The position numbers were made by a program, and so were the translations under genes. DNA of 64,000 bases from Alphaproteobacteria bacterium (GTDB lineage Bacteria; Pseudomonadota; Alphaproteobacteria; DATDPM01): NCBI GenBank assembly GCA_041479345.1, contig JBGOXX010000001.1, forward strand, positions 1,209 through 65,208. Reading direction: 5' to 3'. Shown piece after piece: positions 8,612 through 18,343 of this stretch (positions are counted from its first letter, which is position 1; each line of letters begins with the position of its first letter). The notes under the pieces are model-generated. The model was not told the origin of the DNA, searched no databases, and saw only the letters and a program-made list of their open reading frames with translations.

Positions 8612-10153
8612 TTAGAACCTTGGGCCGCCAAATCCGGGCAGGGAATTGGACGCGTTTGCAGCGCCCGATGGTATTTCGCCGATGACCAGTTGTTGGCCTT
8701 CCTTAAGATCTCCGTCGGCAATCTCCGTGGCATTGCCGTCGGTAATGCCGAGCTTGACCGCGACCGGTTTTACGGCGCCTACGGAATCGATCGCATAAAC
8801 CTGGGGGCTTTTCGCAGCGTTCGCATCCTTGGCCGCCTGCAATTGGCCGTAGCGCAAGGCGCCATTCGGCACCAATAGGGCATTGTCCCTTTTCGCCGTC
8901 ACGACGCGAACATTTGCCGTAAGACCGGGCAAGAGAAGCAAATCGGGATTCGGCGCCGAAATCACCACATCGTAAGTCACGACGTTTTGCACCACCTGAG
9001 GCGCCTTGCGGACCTGAACGACATTACCTTCGAAGGTGATGTCGGGATGGGCATCGACGGTGAAGAAGACTTTTTGGCCGTCTTTGATGGCGCCCACATC
9101 CGCTTCGTCGATCGAGGCATCGACCTGCATCGCCCGAAGGTCTTGGGCGATGGTGAAGAGGACGGGGGCCTGGAGGCTGGCCGCCACCGTCTGGCCGACA
9201 TCGACATTGCGCAAGATCACCGTGCCGTCGACTGGTGCTCGGATATAGGTGTGGTCGAGATCGACTTGGGCAGCGCGCTCGGCCGCTTCTTTTTGCGCGA
9301 CTTGGGCCTGCGCCGTCTCCACATTCGCCGCCGCCGTTCGAATTTGGGCTTCGGCCGAGCGGATCGCCGCGCTCTGGCTCAATTCGAGGGCCTCGGTGCT
9401 TCCCAATTCGGCCTGGGCTTGGTCGAAGACGGACTGGGCCTTGTCTCTATCGGCGAGCGTTCCAGCGCCCGTTTGGGACAGCTTCAGTTTCCGGTCGTAA
9501 TCGCGGGTGGCATCGACCAGAGCTGCTTTCGCCTTGGCCTTTTGCGCCCCCGCAGAGACATGGTTGGAGCGGGTCGATTCCAGATCCGCCTGCGCGCGCT
9601 CAAGGCTGGCTTGCTGCATCGAGACCGACGCTTTGGCGACCGCAACATCGGCTTGCGCCTGGGCGAGCCGGGTTTCGAACGTATCCGGATCGATTCGGGC
9701 GATAAGTTGGCCTTTGGTCACCTCGGTGTTGAAATCGGCGTCGAGCTCCTTGATCTGGCCCGAAACCTGGGAACCGACCTGAACCGTGATCACCGCATTG
9801 ACCGTTCCCGAGGCAATGACCGTCGCCGTGACCGGCCCGCGCGTCGCGGCGCCCATCCGATAAGTAGGCGCGGCAGCCGGAGCGACCCAATGCCGGTAGC
9901 CAAACCAGGCCACGGCAACAATCGATATGGCTACGAGGCCAACCCAAACGACCCGTCGGCGGAGTTGGGAAGATCCAGCAAGAGATTTTCCGGCCGCGGC
10001 ATCGGAGGCCGCACCATCAGATGAGGGTGGCGTTGGCTTTAAATCCGGAGCAAGGCTCATCGCGGCTCGGTCGTTCATGGGGCCATGGCCTTTATATGGG
10101 GTGCAGCAGGAGTAATGCATAGTAACGCGTAACGCCGCTTTGACCTGGGTCAA
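8612..10153 (-). CDS. HlyD-family periplasmic adaptor subunit (MacA/DevB-like)
   Basis: Single N-terminal TM (VVWVGLVAISIVAVAWFGY), a long Ala/Gln-rich coiled coil, and beta-barrel/lipoyl-like segments. The start is uncertain (alternative M at 10078). Confidence 0.8.
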   Translation of the reverse strand: MTQVKAALRVTMHYSCCTPYKGHGPMNDRAAMSLAPDLKPTPPSSDGAASDAAAGKSLAGSSQLRRRVVWVGLVAISIVAVAWFGYRHWVAPAAAPTYRMGAATRGPVTATVIASGTVNAVITVQVGSQVSGQIKELDADFNTEVTKGQLIARIDPDTFETRLAQAQADVAVAKASVSMQQASLERAQADLESTRSNHVSAGAQKAKAKAALVDATRDYDRKLKLSQTGAGTLADRDKAQSVFDQAQAELGSTEALELSQSAAIRSAEAQIRTAAANVETAQAQVAQKEAAERAAQVDLDHTYIRAPVDGTVILRNVDVGQTVAASLQAPVLFTIAQDLRAMQVDASIDEADVGAIKDGQKVFFTVDAHPDITFEGNVVQVRKAPQVVQNVVTYDVVISAPNPDLLLLPGLTANVRVVTAKRDNALLVPNGALRYGQLQAAKDANAAKSPQVYAIDSVGAVKPVAVKLGITDGNATEIADGDLKEGQQLVIGEIPSGAANASNSLPGFGGPRF

Positions 10154-10171
10154 GCTGGTGCGAGCCGGTAC

Positions 10172-12265
10172 TCAGCCCGAGTGCAGGGTCGCGATTACCG
10201 CGTCCCGCTCGAAGAGGTAAAGAAGGATGCGGAGGGCATCTCCCCGCCCGGACGAAAGTTCCGGATCACGGTTCAAGATAAGCTCGGCGTCGTCGCGGGC
10301 GGCGGCGAGCAGAATTTCGTGGCGGGCAATATCGGCGAGCTGGAATTCGGGCAGACCGCTTTGCCGGGTTCCGAGCAATTCGCCCGCACCCCGGAGCCGC
10401 AAGTCCTCTTCGGCGATCCGAAAGCCGTCATCGGTCTCGCGCAGAATCGAAAGACGGGCCCGCGCGTTCTCGGTCAAGGGCGGCGCATAGAGCAGAAGAC
10501 ACGTCGATGGCCGGTCCGATCGCCCGACGCGGCCGCGCAGTTGATGAAGCTGAGCCAGGCCGAACCGTTCCGCATGTTCGATCACCATGACGGTGGCCTC
10601 GGGCACATCGACGCCGACTTCGATCACCGTGGTCGCGACCAGAATATCGAGATCGCCGGCCGCGAAGGCGGCCATGGCTTTGTCTTTGTCCACGCCTTTC
10701 ATCCGGCCGTGAACGAGACCGACTCGCGCACCGAACCGTTTGGCGAGTGCGGCATGGCGTTCTTCGGCCGCCGCCAGATCGAGCGCTTCGGATTCGGCCA
10801 CCAGCGGACAGACCCAATAGACCCGCGCCTGATTCGCGATCGCCCGGGCGACTGCCGCAATCACTTCTTCCAAGCGTTCCAGCGGAAGGGCCCGAGTATC
10901 GATCGGTTTGCGTCCGGCCGGTTTTTCGGTCAGGCGCGAGACATCGAGATCGCCATAGACCGTCAGCATCATGGTGCGCGGAATGGGGGTCGCGGTCATC
11001 ACCAGCACATCCGCACCTTCCGCCCCGCTGGCCCCTTTTTCCGCCAGCGCCAGCCGTTGGTGCACGCCGAAGCGGTGTTGCTCATCGACGACGGCGAGCG
11101 CCAGATCGGCGAATTCCACGTCTTCTTGAAAGAGCGCGTGGGTGCCGACGGCAAGCTTCACCTCGCCGCTTTTCAGTCCGTCGTAGATGGCACTTCTAGC
11201 CTTGCCTTTCTCGCGGCCGGTCAGCAACGCCACCGAAACCCCGGCCGCAGTCGCCAAAGATTCGATCGTCTTCATATGCTGGCGGGCGAGGATTTCGGTC
11301 GGCGCCATCAGGGCTGCTTGGTGGCCCGCTTCGACCGCCGTCAGCATGGCCAGGAATGCCACGACGGTTTTGCCGCTGCCGACGTCGCCTTGAAGCAGGC
11401 GAAGCATGCGGGTGGGGGCCGCCATATCGCGGCGAATTTCCTCCAAGCTTTGCGTTTGCGAAGCGGTCAGCTGAAAGGGCAGGGCCGCCAATACTCGGCC
11501 GCTCAAATGGCCATCGCCGGCAATACTGCGGCCCGGCAATTTTCGCTGACGCGCTCGGATCATCGCCAGCGCCAATTGGTTGGCGAGAAGCTCGTCATAG
11601 GCCAAGCGCGAGCGCGGGTCTGTGCCGGGATCGAGATCCGAATCGCTTTGCGGGGCGTGAGCCATGCTGAGGCTTTCCCGCCAGGATTTCCAGCTTCGAT
11701 CTTTCAGAAACGCCGGCTCGATCCATTCCGGCAGATCGGGTGCGCGCTCGATCGCCGCGCGAATAGCCTTCAGAAGCGGTTTGGCGGTCAAACCCGCGGT
11801 CATCGCGTAAACCGGCTCCACAATCTGGAGCCGGGAAAGTTCCGCCGGCGTGCCGATGTGATCCGGGTGGGTCATCTGCAGCGCCTCGCGGAAACGCTCG
11901 ATCTTTCCGCTGACCACCCGTTGCTCGCCAATGGGCAGCGCTTTGCGCAGGTAATCGTCGTGGCCATGGAAAAACACCAGGGTCAGCTCATCGCTGCCAT
12001 CGCTGACGCGCACTTTATAGGGGAGGCGGCGGTTGGGCGGCGGAATATGAGCCACCACCGTCACCGTCACGGTGGCGATCCGGTCCGGTTGCGCATCGGC
12101 TAGTTTGGGGGCATAGCGGCGGTCGATGATCCCGACCGGCAGGTGCCAGAGCAAATCGGCCACCCTCGGCCCCGTCAATTTTTCGACCAGCTTGGACAGC
12201 CGCGGGCCGATGCCGGGAAGGGCGGTCACCGGGGCGAAGAGGGGATTCAGGATCGGGGGGCGCAA
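10172..12265 (-). CDS. recG: ATP-dependent DNA helicase RecG
   Basis: Walker A GDVGSGKT, DEQHRFGV motif, length of about 697 aa, and an N-terminal wedge region. Confidence 0.95.
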   Translation of the reverse strand: MRPPILNPLFAPVTALPGIGPRLSKLVEKLTGPRVADLLWHLPVGIIDRRYAPKLADAQPDRIATVTVTVVAHIPPPNRRLPYKVRVSDGSDELTLVFFHGHDDYLRKALPIGEQRVVSGKIERFREALQMTHPDHIGTPAELSRLQIVEPVYAMTAGLTAKPLLKAIRAAIERAPDLPEWIEPAFLKDRSWKSWRESLSMAHAPQSDSDLDPGTDPRSRLAYDELLANQLALAMIRARQRKLPGRSIAGDGHLSGRVLAALPFQLTASQTQSLEEIRRDMAAPTRMLRLLQGDVGSGKTVVAFLAMLTAVEAGHQAALMAPTEILARQHMKTIESLATAAGVSVALLTGREKGKARSAIYDGLKSGEVKLAVGTHALFQEDVEFADLALAVVDEQHRFGVHQRLALAEKGASGAEGADVLVMTATPIPRTMMLTVYGDLDVSRLTEKPAGRKPIDTRALPLERLEEVIAAVARAIANQARVYWVCPLVAESEALDLAAAEERHAALAKRFGARVGLVHGRMKGVDKDKAMAAFAAGDLDILVATTVIEVGVDVPEATVMVIEHAERFGLAQLHQLRGRVGRSDRPSTCLLLYAPPLTENARARLSILRETDDGFRIAEEDLRLRGAGELLGTRQSGLPEFQLADIARHEILLAAARDDAELILNRDPELSSGRGDALRILLYLFERDAVIATLHSG

Positions 12266-12334
12266 AATACCTTGCCGGGTTTGATCGAGGACGACGGGAG
12301 CCTTATATCGTAGGGCAACTTACCTGGGACCGGA

Positions 12335-12592
12335 ATGAGCGACGATATCCGCCGCAAGCGTTTGCGTTACCGAAGCTGGCACCGTGGCACCAAGGAGTTG
12401 GACCTGCTCTTGGGCGGTTTTGCCGACCGGCATCTGGCCGAATTTTCGCCGGTCCAGCTTGACCGGTTCGAGGCTCTGCTTCAGAACAGCGACCCGGACA
12501 TCTATCTCTGGATTAGCGGCCGGGAGCCCATTCCCGAAGCCCATGACGACGACGTTATGGCGCTGTTACGGAACTTCAAAATCAAGACCTAA
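12335..12592 (+). CDS. sdhE: FAD assembly factor SdhE (DUF339)
   Basis: 85 aa with RLRYRSWHRGTKELDLLLG...F motifs of the SdhE/Sdh5 family. It sits between recG and mfd, as is typical in alphaproteobacteria. Confidence 0.8.
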   Translation: MSDDIRRKRLRYRSWHRGTKELDLLLGGFADRHLAEFSPVQLDRFEALLQNSDPDIYLWISGREPIPEAHDDDVMALLRNFKIKT

Positions 12593-12597
12593 GGCCC

Positions 12598-15500
12598 TTG
12601 GAAAACCTAAGGAAATTCTTCGAGACGCCCGGGCGCGTCATGATCGCGGGCGCGCCCGAGGGCTTCGACGCGCAAGTTGTTTCGCGGCTCGCCAAGAAGC
12701 ACGGCGCGGAAAGGCCGCGGCCGATTCTTCATGTCGCCGAGGACGAGGCGCGCATGGAGAGAATGGCCGAATGTCTCCGCTTCTATGCGCCGGGTCTCGA
12801 AACGCTGACCTTTCCGGCCTGGGACTGCCTGCCTTACGACCGGGTGTCGCCCAATGGCGAGGTAGTGGCTCGGCGGATCGAAACCTTGGCCAAGCTGGCC
12901 GGGGGCATCGGCGAAGGTGAACCGCTTGTTGTCGTCACTACCGTCAGTGCTGTTCTGCAGCGGGCACCGCCCCGGGATCTCTTCCGCGAGGCGATCTTCG
13001 CCGCCGGATTGGGTGACCGGCTTTCCCTCGACGACCTCGCGGGCTATCTCGCCCGGAACGGCTATAACCGGGCCGATACGGTTCGGGAGCCGGGGGAATA
13101 TGCTCTGCGAGGCGGCATCGTCGATCTGTTCCCGCCGGGAAGCGAGGAGCCTCTCCGTCTCGATCTTTTCGGCGATGCGATCGAGGCGATCCGCAGCTTC
13201 GATCCCGTCACCCAGCGTTCGGATAAGAGGCTGGAGCGGTTTTCTCTGAAGCCGGTGAGCGAAGTCCTGCTCACCGAAGAGTCGATCGGCCGATTCCGTT
13301 CCGGCTACCGCGATCTGTTCGGCGCCGCCAGACGCGACGATCTCCTTTACGAGGCGGTGAGCGCCGGGCGGCGATACAGCGGCATGGAGCATTGGCTGCC
13401 GCTGTTCTACGAGCGCATCGAAACCTTGTTCGATTACCTGCCGGATGCGGCGGTGACCCTCGATCCCAATGCGGAAGACGCGGTCAAAGCGAGGCTCGAT
13501 ACGATCGCCGATTATTACGCGGCGCGGGTCGCCCCCAGTCCTAGCGACGGCGAAGCGCCTTACCGGCCGCTTCCGCCCGACCGTCTTTATCTTGGGGAAG
13601 CCGAATGGGCGGATCTTGTGGCGCCGCGGCCGGTCGGCGTCTTCTCGCCCTTTGCGGCACCGGAACACGCGGCCGGATTTGTCGATGCCGGGGGCCGGCC
13701 CGGCCGGGACTTTGCCGATGTGCGGGCACGGCCGGACGCGAATGTTTTCGATGCGCTGCGCGATTTATTGACCGCCGAAGCGAAAAACGGCCGCCATTCC
13801 ATCGTCGCCTGTTACAGCGACGGATCGCGGGAGCGATTCTTGGGATTGTTGCGCGACCACGGAATCAACGGCGCCACCCTTTGCGCCAGCTGGCACCAGG
13901 TGGGCCATCTCGCCAAGGAATCGGTTGCTCTGGTCATCTTGCCGATCGAGCACGGCTTTGCCGCGCCCGATGCTTTCGTCGTCACCGAACAGGATATTTT
14001 GGGCGACCGGTTGGCGCGGCCGCCGCGCCGCCGCCGTCATGCCGAGGCGTTCATTGCCGAGGCCTCAAATTTGGGCGAAGGCGATTTTGTCGTCCATGTC
14101 GAGCACGGCATCGGCCGTTACGAGGGACTCGAGACCCTCGACGTCGGCGGCGCGCCTCATGATTGCCTGAAGCTCATCTACAGGGACGGCGATAAGCTTT
14201 ATGTGCCGGTCGAAAGCATCGAAGTGCTGTCGCGCTACGGCTCGGAAGGAAGTGCGGCCGAGCTCGACAAACTGGGCGGGGCAGGGTGGCAGGCGCGAAA
14301 GGCCCGGGTCCGCAAACGGATCAAGGACATCGCCGACCAGCTTCTGCGCATCGCCGCGGCGCGCGAGCTGCATGACGCGCCGGTGCTGACGCCGCCGGAA
14401 GGACTCTATGACGAATTCGCAGCGCGCTTTCCTTATGCCGAAACCGACGATCAGCTGACGGCCATTGCCGACAGCATAGCGGATTTGGCTTCGGGCCGGC
14501 CGATGGACCGGCTGATTTGCGGCGATGTCGGCTTCGGCAAAACCGAAGTGGCGCTGCGCGTCGCCTTCACCGCCGTGATGTCCGGCGTTCAAGTTGCCGT
14601 CGTGACGCCGACCACGCTGCTGGCGCGCCAGCACCTCATCACGTTCCGCCGTCGATTCGAGGGATTGCCGGTGCGCATCGGATCGCTGTCGCGACTGAGT
14701 TCGGCGACCGAGGCGGCCAGCGTGAAGCAGGGATTGGCGAATGGCAGCGTCGACATCGTGGTCGGAACCCATGCCTTGCTCGCCAAGGACCTGGCGTTCC
14801 GCAATCTCGGTCTGCTGATCGTCGACGAGGAACAGCATTTTGGCGTGGTCCAAAAGGAGCGCCTGAAACAGCTTCGCGCCAATATTCACGTGCTGACACT
14901 GACGGCAACACCCATTCCGCGCACGCTGCAGATGGCGCTGGCCGGCGTCAAGGAAATGAGCCTCATTGCAACGCCTCCCGTCGATCGGCTCGCGGTCCGG
15001 ACTTTCGTCTTGCCCTTTGATCCCGTGGTGGTGCGTGAGGCGATTTTGCGCGAGCACTACCGGGGCGGACAGACTTTCTATGTGTGTCCCAGGATCGAGG
15101 ACCTAGCGGGGGTCGCCGAACGAATTAAAAAGCTGGTGCCGGAAATCCGGATTGCGACCGCCCACGGAAAATTGGCGGCGCGCCAACTTGAAACCGTCAT
15201 GTCCGAATTCTATGACGGAAAATTCGACCTTCTCATCTCGACCAACATTATCGAATCCGGACTCGACATTCCGTCGGCGAACACGCTGATCGTCCACCGC
15301 GCCGATATGTTCGGCTTGGCCCAACTCTATCAATTGCGCGGGCGCATCGGCCGTTCCAAGCAACGCGCCTATGCGTATCTGACCTTGCCGCCGGGCCGGG
15401 TCTTGAATCCGACCGCCCAGCGCCGCCTCGAAATTCTCCATGCGCTCGATTCGCTTGGCGCCGGATTCAGTTTGGCGAGCCACGATCTGGATATCCGGGG

Positions 15501-16110
15501 CGCCGGGAATCTTTTAGGCGACGAGCAATCGGGACATATCCGGGAAGTCGGCATCGAGCTCTATCAGAGTATGCTGGAACAGGCGGTCGCCGAAGTGCGC
15601 GGCGGCGGGCAAGCGGCGGAGGAATGGACGCCGCAGATTTCGATCAGCATGCCGGTTCTCATTCCGGAAAGCTACGTGGCCGATCTTGGTGTGCGGCTTG
15701 GGCTTTACCGGCGCATCGCCAATCTTCAGGAAGAATCCGAAATCGAGGCCTTTGCCGCCGAAATGATCGACCGCTTCGGGCCACTCCCGGCCGAGGCGGA
15801 AAATCTGTTTAGCGTGGTTGCCCTGAAGCGGCTATGCCGCGACGCCAATGTCGAAAAGATCGAGGCGGGGCCCCGGGGCGCCGTGCTGACCTTCCGCGAC
15901 AATCATTTCGCCAATCCCGCCGGGCTCATCGATTTCATCGCCCGCCACGCCGGGACGGTGAAGCTGCGCCCCGACCACAAACTGGTCGTTCAGCGGACCT
16001 GGGATACCGGAACGGACCGCGCCGCAGGCTTGCGCCAAATCCTCCGCGACATTGCGGCGATTGCCGCGCGGGCCAATTCCGTGGAAAAGAAGGGAGCAAA
16101 AGTCAGTTAG
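12598..16110 (+). CDS. mfd: transcription-repair coupling factor Mfd
   Basis: 1170 aa with GDVGFGKTEVA, DEEQHFGV, a UvrB-homology N-terminus and a TRG motif region. Confidence 0.95.
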   Translation: MENLRKFFETPGRVMIAGAPEGFDAQVVSRLAKKHGAERPRPILHVAEDEARMERMAECLRFYAPGLETLTFPAWDCLPYDRVSPNGEVVARRIETLAKLAGGIGEGEPLVVVTTVSAVLQRAPPRDLFREAIFAAGLGDRLSLDDLAGYLARNGYNRADTVREPGEYALRGGIVDLFPPGSEEPLRLDLFGDAIEAIRSFDPVTQRSDKRLERFSLKPVSEVLLTEESIGRFRSGYRDLFGAARRDDLLYEAVSAGRRYSGMEHWLPLFYERIETLFDYLPDAAVTLDPNAEDAVKARLDTIADYYAARVAPSPSDGEAPYRPLPPDRLYLGEAEWADLVAPRPVGVFSPFAAPEHAAGFVDAGGRPGRDFADVRARPDANVFDALRDLLTAEAKNGRHSIVACYSDGSRERFLGLLRDHGINGATLCASWHQVGHLAKESVALVILPIEHGFAAPDAFVVTEQDILGDRLARPPRRRRHAEAFIAEASNLGEGDFVVHVEHGIGRYEGLETLDVGGAPHDCLKLIYRDGDKLYVPVESIEVLSRYGSEGSAAELDKLGGAGWQARKARVRKRIKDIADQLLRIAAARELHDAPVLTPPEGLYDEFAARFPYAETDDQLTAIADSIADLASGRPMDRLICGDVGFGKTEVALRVAFTAVMSGVQVAVVTPTTLLARQHLITFRRRFEGLPVRIGSLSRLSSATEAASVKQGLANGSVDIVVGTHALLAKDLAFRNLGLLIVDEEQHFGVVQKERLKQLRANIHVLTLTATPIPRTLQMALAGVKEMSLIATPPVDRLAVRTFVLPFDPVVVREAILREHYRGGQTFYVCPRIEDLAGVAERIKKLVPEIRIATAHGKLAARQLETVMSEFYDGKFDLLISTNIIESGLDIPSANTLIVHRADMFGLAQLYQLRGRIGRSKQRAYAYLTLPPGRVLNPTAQRRLEILHALDSLGAGFSLASHDLDIRGAGNLLGDEQSGHIREVGIELYQSMLEQAVAEVRGGGQAAEEWTPQISISMPVLIPESYVADLGVRLGLYRRIANLQEESEIEAFAAEMIDRFGPLPAEAENLFSVVALKRLCRDANVEKIEAGPRGAVLTFRDNHFANPAGLIDFIARHAGTVKLRPDHKLVVQRTWDTGTDRAAGLRQILRDIAAIAARANSVEKKGAKVS

Positions 16111-17519
16111 CGCAAACTGTGCCGGGCGCGTTCGATGAGGCTCGCCGAGGTGTCGCCGGGAACGAAGTCGGCGCAGCCGGCTTGAAGCCAAACGGTGACC
16201 GCATCCTTCCCGCCATTGATGCCGAACTGAGTATTGAGGAGCACGCCGGAAATCCTATGCGCGACAATATCGGCGTCTTCCATTGCGGTTTCGGGAAGAA
16301 CGACGCAAAACTCTTTGTCACCAACCCGCGCCACCATGTCTTCGCTACGGACCAGCACCGAAATCCATTCCGCGACTTGGCGCAGGAGATCGTTAGCGGC
16401 GGCGGCACCGAAATCGCGGGCGACCCAGGCCAGGTTCTGGACCTGGAATGAGACCAAGGACAAATGCTTGCGCCAGGATGTGGACGCGGAAATCAAGCGA
16501 TCGAGATGAGCGAGCAAAAAGTCGCGGCCATAGACGCCGCCGGCCTCATGGATACCGGCCTTGCTCTGAATAGCCGCCAATTGATCGCGGATCGAAAGCC
16601 GCAGCTTTTGACGGTGCACCAGGGATTCGATCGCGGTATGAATTTCGGTTTGATCGAGCGGGCGAAGAATCAAGACGCTGGCGCCGCTCATATAAGGTTC
16701 TTCCACGCTGTCGAAAGCGCCGCGGTCGGCGATCAACAGGGCCGGAAGATTGAAAAGCCGGGTGTTGTTACGAATTTGGCCGCAGAGATAGAGCGCGTCT
16801 TCCGCATTGCCATCGATGACGATGACCAGGGCGTCATAGGATTCGCGATGGAGGAGGGATGCCGCGGCAAAAACATCCGGCGCGGTCACGAGGTCGAAAT
16901 CGCGACCGAGCGCTTTTTTGACATCGTCCAATTCTCGGTTGGCCGCCCCGGTGACGAGGATACGGCTGACTTCACCGGCCCGTGGCGCCGCAATCTTGCC
17001 GTCGATCTTCAAACCGAGAGCGCGGGCGGTGGCAATCCGATGCTCCAATTCCGTCCGCATGATCGCAAGCCGCACCAGCGGCTTGAGACGCAGAAGCAAG
17101 ATCGTCTCGCTGAAGGGTCCGATGACGACGTCATCGACGCCGGCATTCAGGGCCCGCCGCCGAAATGCCGGGGGAGCCAGTTCCGCCACCATGACGACGG
17201 GAATATGGGCGGTCTCGCCGCTCTTGAGGGAATGGGCAAGTTTGACGGCTTTTTCGCCGCCATCGCTGGCATCGATGAGAGCCAGGTCCGGATGTTCGTC
17301 CCGGCCCAGCTTGCGGGCGGTGACCGAGAAATCGCTGGCGGACGTGGCGTAACCCTGGCCGCGCAGCATTTTGGCAAGCTGACGCGCGCGGTTTTGGTCT
17401 TCGCTCAAAATCAAGATACGGGCGAGGCAGGCACCCGCAACCGCGGGCGCATTCGCGACGGTGCTGCGCGATGCTCCTTCACACGGAGTAAGACCGTCCG
17501 ATTTTCCCCAGAGACCCAT
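16107..17519 (-). CDS. PleD/PopA-like response regulator: REC-REC-GGDEF with a degenerate A-site
   Basis: Two receiver domains followed by a GGDEF fold. The active-site motif reads RVGDKEF instead of GG(D/E)EF, while an RxxD I-site (RSED) is kept 5 residues upstream. ATG at 17519. Confidence 0.8.
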   Translation of the reverse strand: MGLWGKSDGLTPCEGASRSTVANAPAVAGACLARILILSEDQNRARQLAKMLRGQGYATSASDFSVTARKLGRDEHPDLALIDASDGGEKAVKLAHSLKSGETAHIPVVMVAELAPPAFRRRALNAGVDDVVIGPFSETILLLRLKPLVRLAIMRTELEHRIATARALGLKIDGKIAAPRAGEVSRILVTGAANRELDDVKKALGRDFDLVTAPDVFAAASLLHRESYDALVIVIDGNAEDALYLCGQIRNNTRLFNLPALLIADRGAFDSVEEPYMSGASVLILRPLDQTEIHTAIESLVHRQKLRLSIRDQLAAIQSKAGIHEAGGVYGRDFLLAHLDRLISASTSWRKHLSLVSFQVQNLAWVARDFGAAAANDLLRQVAEWISVLVRSEDMVARVGDKEFCVVLPETAMEDADIVAHRISGVLLNTQFGINGGKDAVTVWLQAGCADFVPGDTSASLIERARHSLR

Positions 17520-17694
17520 GCTAGGACATATCCCCGAAATTGGTTACCAAATCGTGAGCAAATCCGCAGAAGCAAAAGATTTTTCAGGGAATTCTCCCCT
17601 GAATGATGGCTTAAAAATGCACCCCTTTAGCGGCCGCCGCCGGAAGGCTATTTTGATGGCTAGATTTCACGGAATTCGAATGAGGATTTGTGCA

Positions 17695-18225
17695 ATGCAA
17701 AAACGAAATGTCATTGCGCTTTGCCTGGCAACGATGCTGGCCATTCCAAGATTGGCGGTTGCGGCGGATTGTGCGGCGGGGATGCAGGATCAAGTCTATG
17801 CCGCATACGTCCGCACCGCACAACTGGAGCTCAATCTCCACGGTTACGATGCCGGGACCCCTGATGGAATGCCAAGTCCAAAGCTCGAATCAGCGGTCCG
17901 CGACTACCAGAAGGACGCCAAGCTTCCCGAGGACGGCTGCGTCAGTAAGGGCTTGGTGGATCATCTTGAATTCGTCTTGCCCCGGGTCGAGAAGGCGCGC
18001 AACCCGCGCGCCGAATCGGCGGTCGGGGAGGTGCAAAAGCTGTTGATGCAGCGCGGCTATTACAGGGGCACGGTGGACGGCATGAACGGATTGCAGACCC
18101 GCGATGCCATAAGGCGATTCGAAAAAGACGCCAACCTGCCGCTCACCGGCAAGGTCGACGAATCGCTGATCGCGAAAATCCAGGCGGCGGATCCGTCAAT
18201 TCGCGGCGATAAGACAGCTCCGTAA
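17695..18225 (+). CDS. secreted protein with two peptidoglycan-binding (PG_binding_1) repeats
   Basis: ATG at 17695 follows the GAGGA Shine-Dalgarno at 17682-17686. A signal peptide (MQKRNVIALCLATMLAIPRLAVA) precedes two LxxxGY..DG..G..T..AI..FQ/E...LP.TG repeats. Confidence 0.7.
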   Translation: MQKRNVIALCLATMLAIPRLAVAADCAAGMQDQVYAAYVRTAQLELNLHGYDAGTPDGMPSPKLESAVRDYQKDAKLPEDGCVSKGLVDHLEFVLPRVEKARNPRAESAVGEVQKLLMQRGYYRGTVDGMNGLQTRDAIRRFEKDANLPLTGKVDESLIAKIQAADPSIRGDKTAP

Positions 18226-18343
18226 TCCTTCAAATAAAAAGGATTTTCCCGCTGTAGAACCGCCGGCATTAACCGGATTTTAAGCATGACTAGCTCAACT
18301 GGGGGCTGTAGCTGGCGCTCCAGCGCGGGCGCTGGCGGGGGAT

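Noticed and set aside
10181-12103. Very long ORFs (300-640 aa) antisense to recG, mfd, ntrX/Y/B, trkA, eno, kdsA, the kinases and others. Examples: 10181-12103+, 12607-13668-, 21023-22816-, 29062-30249-, 47967-49157+, 50588-51652+, 61420-62772+.
   Set aside because: In each case the opposite strand carries a protein with unmistakable family motifs. The antisense translations are Arg/Gly/Ala/Pro-rich low-complexity, as expected from a high-GC third codon position.
12335-12592. Considered the small ORF between recG and mfd as a toxin or antitoxin.
   Set aside because: The sequence matches the SdhE/DUF339 flavinylation factor family, and this is its usual position in alphaproteobacteria.
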